Positions 26,363-33,133 of a stretch of DNA of 33,133 bases are shown one piece after another. Source of the stretch: an uncultured Deferribacteres bacterium (GTDB taxonomy: Bacteria > Zhuqueibacterota > Zhuqueibacteria > Zhuqueibacterales > Geothermadaptataceae); the NCBI GenBank assembly GCA_964014485.1, contig CAXHAT010000082.1, positions 1 to 33,133 on the forward strand. The letters are read 5' to 3'. Within the stretch, counting starts at the first letter, position 1. Each line of letters opens with the position of its first letter. Position numbers and translations under genes: made by a program. The notes beneath the pieces were generated by a model. The model had not been told where the DNA came from and searched no databases. It worked only from the letters and a program-made list of their open reading frames with translations.

Positions 26363-29053
26363 ATGCATCGATCCTTTCGAATAACCAAAAGAATTGCTCT
26401 AGCCGCACTACTGATTTGGAACGCGCCTTCCATTTTCGCAGGGACAACGGGAAAAATAGCCGGTTTGGTGAAAGACGCTTCAAACGGCGAGGGGCTGCCG
26501 GGCGCCAATATCATCATTCGGGCGCAAATCGTAGACGGGCGGGAAATTCGTATAGAAAACGTGCGCGGCGGGGCGAGTAACGTCAACGGCAAGTACTTCA
26601 TTCTCAACATCCGTCCGGGGACTTATGTCGTCGAGTGCTCTTTTATTGGCTACCAGACGACTGTACAAAAACCGGTGCGCGTCCAGGTGGATCGCACAAC
26701 GACGCTGGATTTTTCTCTCAGTCCTGAAGCGATTACAGCCGAAGAAGTGGTGGTTACGGCTGAGCGACCGCTTGTGGTCAAGGACTTAACTTCAGCTTCG
26801 GCGAAGGTTTCCGGCGAAGACATCAAATCGCTGCCGGTAGAAAGATTTGATGAAGTGATTGCGCTGCAAGCCGGGATTACCAAAGACATTGGCGGCGGTC
26901 TGCACATTCGCGGCGGTCGGGCGAGCGAGGTAAAATATTACGTTGACGGCATCGCAATTTCGAGCCCGTTCAGCAATGCGCTGGCGGTTCCCGTGGAAAA
27001 CAACGCAATTCAAGAATTGGAAGTGATCAGCGGCACTTTCAACGCGGAATATGGTCAGGCGCAAAGCGGGATTGTCAACATCGTGACGCGTGAAGGCTCC
27101 GAAGCTTTGCACGGCGATTTGACGGCTTACGTCGGAGATTTTGCGACGGACAACGACGATATTTTCCAGAACATCGACGATATAAATCCAACTTCGCAGC
27201 AATATTTCGAGGGCAATTTGAGCGGCCCTTTTTTGACTAAAAGATTGAAGTTTTTTGCATCCGGGCGTTACACCAATCAAGAAAACTGGCTTTATGGACG
27301 GCGCGTTTACTTGCCGCAAGATTCGGCCAATTTCACCTCGCCCAATCCAGCCGAATGGCACATCGAGCAATCCGGCGACGGCGCATTTGTGCCGATGAAT
27401 ACCTCCAAAAGCCTTTCCGGTCAATTCAAGTTGACGTTCAATCCAACTTCAGTGATCAAGCTTGCTTACAACCTGATCGCCAACAAGAGCGAGGGCAAGG
27501 GCTACTCGAATTTTTACAAATACAACCCCGATTCGCGGCGCACGAATTTTACCACGGCGTTCAACCACCTTTTCAGCTTGACGCACACGGTCAGTTCGCG
27601 TGCTTTTTATACTTTGAAGGCCGCGTACTACGTCAACGATCTGGACAGCTACGTTTATGAAGACCCGCTCGATCCGCGCTACCAGGCGATTTTCGGCACC
27701 AACCGCCAGCCGCAGTTTGTGTTTTCCACCGGCGGCGTTGATCCGCAGCAGTTTTTTCAACGCAGCGAGACGTTTGCGGTGCGCGCTGATTTTAACATGC
27801 AAATCAACAGCACGAACTTGATCAAAATTGGCGCGGAATATCGCACGCACACGCTCGATTTGCAATCCTACAACATCGACGTTGACCCGCTGGTTTACGG
27901 CGACTACAATCCGCGCATTCCGCCGATCACTTCGATTGATCATAACGCCTACAACACCAACCCGGTGGAATTTTCGGCTTACGCGCAAGACAAGATCGAG
28001 ATCGACGATCTGATCGTCAACGCCGGTTTTCGTTTTGACCATTTTAATCCGAACGGCCAAATTCCAATCGATTTACGCGATCCGGCGAACAAGCTTTTTC
28101 CGAAAGATCCGTCGGAAGCTTTTACTGAAGTCAAAGCCAAAACGCAATTTTCGCCGCGCTTCGGGCTGGCGTTTCCGATCACGGATCAGGGCGTGATCCA
28201 CGCGGCGTACGGTCTGTTTTTTCAAATTCCTGAGTTCTCGCGTTTGTACGAAAATCCGGAATTCGAGGTTATTTCCGGCGTGGCGCAATCGTTCATTGGC
28301 AACGCCGACCTTGACGCCCAGCGTACGGACATGTACGAGATTGGCTTACAGCAGCAATTGTCGAGCTTTTTGGCGGTAGACGTCACCGGGTTTTACCGCA
28401 ATGTGCGCAACTTGCTCGGCTCGTCAATTTTCCAGACTTACCGGACTGACATTCTTTACGGACGCTATGAAAACGAGGCGCACGGCAACGTTCGCGGCTT
28501 GACGCTTTCGACCAAAATTCGCGTTCCGGATTACGGCGTGACGGCGGACATTAACTACACCTACCAAGTCGCAAAAGGCATTGCCAGCGATCCGAAACAG
28601 GCCTTCTTCGACGCGCGCGGGCGCAACGAAGCGACCATCGTTTTGAATTCGCTAGACTGGGATTTGCGCCACACCGCCAACGCATTTGTGAATCTGGCGC
28701 GCAAAAACTGGGGCGCGAGTACGATCGTGCGCTACAATTCGGGTTTTCCGTTCACACCAACTGGATTCGTAGAACTGCGCAACGCCGGACGGGACAACGG
28801 CGATTTCTTCATCGATCTGCGCGCCTACAAACGCTTCAATTTTGGCCGCTACGGCTTTGAGTTATTTACGAAAGTGGAAAACGTTCTGGACCGCATTCGA
28901 ATCAACCAACTGCCGCAAGTCGATCCGCGCCTGACGGAGTCGCACCAGATCAATGGTTATGCTCAGGTCAATTCATTGTACGAATTCCTGCTCAATCCAG
29001 CGATTCAGCCCACGCCGCGCGAGGTGCGCGTAGGGATGAAGGTGAGTTTTTGA
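26363..29053 (+). CDS. TonB-dependent outer-membrane receptor
   Basis: Signal peptide, GTTGKIAG carboxypeptidase-regulatory-like domain, plug motifs HIRGGR and GTFNAEYG...SGIVNIVT, FSPRFG, C-terminal Phe. Confidence 0.95.
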   Translation: MHRSFRITKRIALAALLIWNAPSIFAGTTGKIAGLVKDASNGEGLPGANIIIRAQIVDGREIRIENVRGGASNVNGKYFILNIRPGTYVVECSFIGYQTTVQKPVRVQVDRTTTLDFSLSPEAITAEEVVVTAERPLVVKDLTSASAKVSGEDIKSLPVERFDEVIALQAGITKDIGGGLHIRGGRASEVKYYVDGIAISSPFSNALAVPVENNAIQELEVISGTFNAEYGQAQSGIVNIVTREGSEALHGDLTAYVGDFATDNDDIFQNIDDINPTSQQYFEGNLSGPFLTKRLKFFASGRYTNQENWLYGRRVYLPQDSANFTSPNPAEWHIEQSGDGAFVPMNTSKSLSGQFKLTFNPTSVIKLAYNLIANKSEGKGYSNFYKYNPDSRRTNFTTAFNHLFSLTHTVSSRAFYTLKAAYYVNDLDSYVYEDPLDPRYQAIFGTNRQPQFVFSTGGVDPQQFFQRSETFAVRADFNMQINSTNLIKIGAEYRTHTLDLQSYNIDVDPLVYGDYNPRIPPITSIDHNAYNTNPVEFSAYAQDKIEIDDLIVNAGFRFDHFNPNGQIPIDLRDPANKLFPKDPSEAFTEVKAKTQFSPRFGLAFPITDQGVIHAAYGLFFQIPEFSRLYENPEFEVISGVAQSFIGNADLDAQRTDMYEIGLQQQLSSFLAVDVTGFYRNVRNLLGSSIFQTYRTDILYGRYENEAHGNVRGLTLSTKIRVPDYGVTADINYTYQVAKGIASDPKQAFFDARGRNEATIVLNSLDWDLRHTANAFVNLARKNWGASTIVRYNSGFPFTPTGFVELRNAGRDNGDFFIDLRAYKRFNFGRYGFELFTKVENVLDRIRINQLPQVDPRLTESHQINGYAQVNSLYEFLLNPAIQPTPREVRVGMKVSF

Positions 29054-29220
29054 AAGTGATAAGACTCAAACGTCATTTTCGGTTCAAACAAAAGCGCTTT
29101 TATACTGAGCTCAAAACCTGAAGGTTGTACAGTTCAGAATGAGCTTGAAGCAGACTTTGTTTGAGTATATTTTTGTAATAAGTCACACTGACTCAAAATC
29201 ATAGATCAAAAAGGCAAAAC

Positions 29221-29505
29221 ATGGAAACTCAGAAAGTCGACAACATCACTTTGAATCTTGACGATGTTTCCAAGACCCGAAGTGCGATATTGGATTCTGA
29301 TTTGTCTCGTGAAGAGCTAAAGACCTTGTCGCTGCAAATTTTAGAGGAATACCACTCCCTGCGACAAACAGCGGCTCTGATAGGGTTAATCCGACATAGT
29401 GAAGAGCAAATCAAAAACGGCGATGCACTCCCTTTAGACCAAGCCTTCAAAAGACTCGATGAAAGAATGCGAGCGGCGAAAGCAGACTTATGTCAAGCGT
29501 CATAA
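29221..29505 (+). CDS. Putative antitoxin (Phd/YefM-like C-terminus)
   Basis: Small protein overlapping the toxin start; EEYHSLRQTAALIGLIRHSEEQIKNG resembles Phd-type C-termini. Confidence 0.7.
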   Translation: METQKVDNITLNLDDVSKTRSAILDSDLSREELKTLSLQILEEYHSLRQTAALIGLIRHSEEQIKNGDALPLDQAFKRLDERMRAAKADLCQAS

Positions 29506-29810
29506 TTTCTGACGCCGCGCAAGATGACCTATTTGAAATATGGGAATGGTATGTCGTAAACGCCGGGCTTGATCGAGCAGACAACGTTATCGAAAAACTT
29601 AAAGATGCTTGTTTGCATTTGGAACGTTTTCCTCATCTCGGGCATGTACCCCGCGAGTTGCAAAAACGCGAAGTAAACGACTATTTACAACTCCTAGTCG
29701 GCGTCTATCGAGTTGTTTATCAAATCAAGGGCGAACACGTTTACATTCATTGCATTTTTGACGGAAGGCGCGACATCGAGACGCTTTTCAGAAAACGACT
29801 TAAGCTATAA
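29490..29810 (+). CDS. Type II toxin, RelE/ParE family
   Basis: ISDAAQDDLFEIWEW, LERFPHLG, YRVVY, IFDGRRD. Confidence 0.92.
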   Translation: MSSVIISDAAQDDLFEIWEWYVVNAGLDRADNVIEKLKDACLHLERFPHLGHVPRELQKREVNDYLQLLVGVYRVVYQIKGEHVYIHCIFDGRRDIETLFRKRLKL

Positions 29811-29845
29811 GAAACCAAGAATTTCAGACTTTGAATAATTCGACA

Positions 29846-32800
29846 ATGAAAAAAGTACTCCTCATCATCTTTTTCGCCATCAATTTTGTCAATCACCTAC
29901 TCGCCCAAGATAACGGGAACGGCATTTACATCGATCCGAATCGCAGCGATCCAAATGCGCGGCGGTCTTTGATTTTGAGCGCTAACCAAGTCGAGTCGTT
30001 CGTCGGCAATTGGGGCAACATCGGGCAGGGCGACATTCCGATTTCGGGCGTTTGGCCGCGCGGCACGGGACACGATCATATCCACGAATTGACCGGCATC
30101 ATCGGCGCTTCCGTCGTCGATACCAACGGCACGCGCATCGTCATCATTTCAGACGGCTTCCGCGACGGCGGCGGCACATCCGGGGAGCTTGATCCGATCA
30201 CCAACATTGGCTGGAAATTTCATCCTTTGCCGGGCTACGTCAATCTCGCCCAAGGGCAGGACGAATTCGCGAACAGCCTCAATTCGCGCTCGTGGCCGGA
30301 CACATGGCCGGGCAAGGACGCCACCTGGAACGGCCTCTGGAACGGCTTTTTTGGCCTGCACCAATTCAACGCCGATCAGGAAGCCTTTTACATGATGGAC
30401 GATACCTTCAACAAAGAATTCCAGTTCTTCCCCATCGACGGCGATTTCGAACGGCAGGGCCTGGGAATGCAGGTCGGCACCCGACTTTTTCAGTGGACGC
30501 ACCCGCTGGCCAAAGACATTCTGTTTATTTACTACGAAGTCACAAACATCGGCGACCACGATTATGACGCAACTGAGTCCCCGATCTATTTTGGCGTTTA
30601 CGGCGATGTCGGTCTCGGCGGGCGCGGCACCGTGGACGACGATTCCGCCTTTCGCGACGATCTTGATTTGGTTTACGGTTGGGATCATGATAACCGCGGC
30701 GTTTGGTCGCGCAATCGTGAAATTCCGCCGGGCTACATGGGCTGGAAATTTCTCGAATCGCCGGGGATTTCAGACGACGGGCGGGATAATGACATGGACG
30801 GCCTGCTCGATGAACGGCGCGATAATCCCGCCGGGAATCTCGTTTTCGGCCCAGTTGGAATTTACGGCGATCCCAAAGAACATTTTGAAGGCGACGAAGA
30901 CGGCGATTGGAATTCCGTCGTCGGCGACGTTGGTTCCGACGGCATCGGGCCGCTGGACGAAGGCTATCCCGGCCCGGATTCTGACGGCACTGAAAACAAC
31001 GGCGTTCCTGATCAAGGGGAACCCGATTTCGGCAAGCTCGACAACGACGAGAGCGATCAGGTTGGCCTGACCAGTTTCGACGCCCCGCCCTTCGCGACCG
31101 TGCTCGTTTCTGATGAAGAAGCGCTCTGGCAGCGTATCGAAGCGGGCAATTTTAAGCTCAACGTGACGCAGGCGATCAATCAGTATTGGATTTTTGGCTC
31201 AGGCCCGTTCAATCTTCCTTCGAAAAACACGGAACGATTCTCAACGGCGGTTTTGTTCGCGCCTGACGAGCTAGGCCTTTTCCAAACGGCGGGCGTGGCA
31301 CAGCGCATTTTCGACTCGGACTACCGTTTCGCCAAACCGCCCAAGCAGCCGACGCTCACCGCAACGCCAAGTGACGGAAAAGTCATTCTCACTTGGGACA
31401 ATATCGCGGAATTCAGCCGTGACCCGGTCTACGGCAGCGACTTCGAAGGCTACCGCATTTATCGCTCAACCGATCCGCAATTTCTCGATGCGGAAGACAT
31501 TACCGATGCACGCGGGAACGCAGTTTTCCGCAAACCCATCGCGCAATTTGACATTGCCAACGGCCTGACGGGGCCCCATCCATTGCAATTTGGCGAAGAG
31601 ATCGACCAACCGACCGGCATCCATTATTACATGGGCGACGACACCGGTTTGCAGCATTATTTCATTGACGACGACGTGATCAACGGGCGGACATATTTTT
31701 ATGCCGTGACATCCTATGATACCGGGTATGACGAAGATTTTTTCCAGCGTAATCTTTCAGACTTTGAGTTTCTTTTCCCGATCACGCCGTCTGAATCACC
31801 GGCGGCGATTATTGTGAACGAGGGGATCATCACTCGGCGAGACCGTAACACGGCCATTGCTACGCCAAATCCGCTGCCATCGAACGTGATCGACGGCGTT
31901 TTGCAGCAAGTTGAACATGCCGAAGGATTGGCAACGGGTTCCGTGGAAGCGGAGCTTGTCGTGACTGATTTTCTGGAAACCGGCGATTTTACGGTCACTT
32001 TCGAAACAGAGCAATCGGGTTCAGCGGTGGAATATGAAACGATCACCTTCTCGGTTTTCAATGAGACGAGCGGTGAATTTGCCGCCGAGAATGAGCGTAT
32101 TTTGTTGAATTATGCGGACGGCAAGCCGATTCGAAATTGGGCATTTGAAGCGCTGGACAAAGGTTTTGTGCTCAATTTCAAAAACCAGTTTCCAACCAAA
32201 GCTTTTGCGCGCGACAACTCCGGCTGGGAAGGTGAAGTTGAGACGAACATCCTGACCTTAGTCGAGCCGTTGTTTGAATCGTCGCCGGTAGAGCCGATTT
32301 CTTTTGTCGTCGAAGTCGGCGAAGTAGGCGCGATTGAGGACAGCGCATTTACTTCGACGACCGGACGAATTTCCAAGCCGGTCAATTTCAAAGTCTACCA
32401 GCTCGGCTCAAATGAACCGATCGATTTCGTCTTTTTCGAAGCGCGTTCCAGCGATGACGGCGAGATCGACGCTGACGAAATTATTTACATCGTTTTCAAG
32501 CCCACGCCAACCGCGCGCCGTTTTACCAGCTCGTGGAGCATTAAATTTAACCGCCCGCTCGATCTTGACGGCAACGAATTCCCGGACGAACAAATCATCG
32601 TGCCGAAAGCTGGAGACAAGTTCATTGTTCGCAATATGATTCCTTTCGAAGAGGGCGACGTCTTCACGTTCAGCACGACGGCGAAGCAAGTCTTGAGCAG
32701 CCCCGGCGAAGGCGTTTTGGCCGATGTTCGCGTTGTGCCGAACCCTTACATTGTTTCGTCGATTTTGGAACAGCAGCCGTTTCTCTCCGGGCGCGGCGAG

Positions 32801-33025
32801 CGTTTTGTGCGGTTTATTAATTTGCCGTCTCAATGCACCGTGCGCATCTACACCGTCAACGGCGATTTGGTACAAACGCTGGAACACGACGGTTTGGACA
32901 AGGGCGCGATTCGGTGGGATTTGCGCTCAAAGGACGGCTTGGAAGTGGCGTTTGGCTTGTACGTCTACCATGTCGATGCGCCGGGGATTGGAGAAAAAGT
33001 GGACAAATTCGCAATTATTAACTGA
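29846..33025 (+). CDS. Large secreted acidic protein with Asp-rich Ca-binding-like loops, an FN3-like domain and a T9SS/FlgD-Ig-like C-terminal domain
   Basis: Signal peptide MKKVLLIIFFAINFVNHLLA; DGRDNDMDGLLDE; PTLTATPSDGKVILTWD...FEGYRIYRS...YFYAVTSYD; VVPNPY...RIYTVNGDLV...WD...GLYVY tail. Confidence 0.85.
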   Translation: MKKVLLIIFFAINFVNHLLAQDNGNGIYIDPNRSDPNARRSLILSANQVESFVGNWGNIGQGDIPISGVWPRGTGHDHIHELTGIIGASVVDTNGTRIVIISDGFRDGGGTSGELDPITNIGWKFHPLPGYVNLAQGQDEFANSLNSRSWPDTWPGKDATWNGLWNGFFGLHQFNADQEAFYMMDDTFNKEFQFFPIDGDFERQGLGMQVGTRLFQWTHPLAKDILFIYYEVTNIGDHDYDATESPIYFGVYGDVGLGGRGTVDDDSAFRDDLDLVYGWDHDNRGVWSRNREIPPGYMGWKFLESPGISDDGRDNDMDGLLDERRDNPAGNLVFGPVGIYGDPKEHFEGDEDGDWNSVVGDVGSDGIGPLDEGYPGPDSDGTENNGVPDQGEPDFGKLDNDESDQVGLTSFDAPPFATVLVSDEEALWQRIEAGNFKLNVTQAINQYWIFGSGPFNLPSKNTERFSTAVLFAPDELGLFQTAGVAQRIFDSDYRFAKPPKQPTLTATPSDGKVILTWDNIAEFSRDPVYGSDFEGYRIYRSTDPQFLDAEDITDARGNAVFRKPIAQFDIANGLTGPHPLQFGEEIDQPTGIHYYMGDDTGLQHYFIDDDVINGRTYFYAVTSYDTGYDEDFFQRNLSDFEFLFPITPSESPAAIIVNEGIITRRDRNTAIATPNPLPSNVIDGVLQQVEHAEGLATGSVEAELVVTDFLETGDFTVTFETEQSGSAVEYETITFSVFNETSGEFAAENERILLNYADGKPIRNWAFEALDKGFVLNFKNQFPTKAFARDNSGWEGEVETNILTLVEPLFESSPVEPISFVVEVGEVGAIEDSAFTSTTGRISKPVNFKVYQLGSNEPIDFVFFEARSSDDGEIDADEIIYIVFKPTPTARRFTSSWSIKFNRPLDLDGNEFPDEQIIVPKAGDKFIVRNMIPFEEGDVFTFSTTAKQVLSSPGEGVLADVRVVPNPYIVSSILEQQPFLSGRGERFVRFINLPSQCTVRIYTVNGDLVQTLEHDGLDKGAIRWDLRSKDGLEVAFGLYVYHVDAPGIGEKVDKFAIIN

Positions 33026-33133
33026 TGTTACGCGACAGCAGCGACGCCGTAGAAACTCTCGTCAAAGTCATTCCCGCTCAGGCGCATTCACGTCAACCTA
33101 ATTGCAAAGCCGTTTGAAGTTATTGTTTTTTAA
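33022..33133. mobile_element. MITE-like element copy E (left end only, cut by the window edge)
   Basis: CTGATGTTACGC preceded by target-like TTATTAA (33015-33021); degenerate GTCATTCCCGC hairpin at 33067. Confidence 0.65.

Noticed and set aside
26191..26384. ORF segments containing AETRCIASLR on both strands
   Set aside because: This is a translation artefact of the 28-bp palindrome at 26229-26256.

Overview
Bacterial chromosomal window. The TonB-dependent receptor plus a large secreted protein with a T9SS-like tail suggest an FCB-superphylum organism such as KSB1 or Calditrichota (inference). The left end is a minus-strand group 3b NiFe (sulf)hydrogenase operon: cytidylate-kinase-like gene, beta, cNMP-domain protein, gamma, delta, alpha, maturation protease, DUF4405-like membrane protein, hypA, and the start of a CoA-transferase-like gene, behind a candidate sigma54 promoter. 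It is followed by an M14 peptidase, trhO, a hydrolase/LytS/LytTR operon, a phospholipase D, a methyltransferase, an ECF sigma / zinc-finger anti-sigma / two exported HEAT-repeat proteins module, a DUF4910-like peptidase, and a TonB-receptor / giant secreted protein locus interrupted by a RelE/ParE toxin-antitoxin pair. The most striking non-coding signal is five copies of a MITE-like element with CTGATGTTA...TAACATCAG termini, 7-bp target-site duplications at TTA-N-TAA-like sites, and at least two unrelated kinds of REP-like palindromic cargo. Several other REP-like palindrome families fill the intergenic spaces. No transposase, rRNA, tRNA or CRISPR array was seen.
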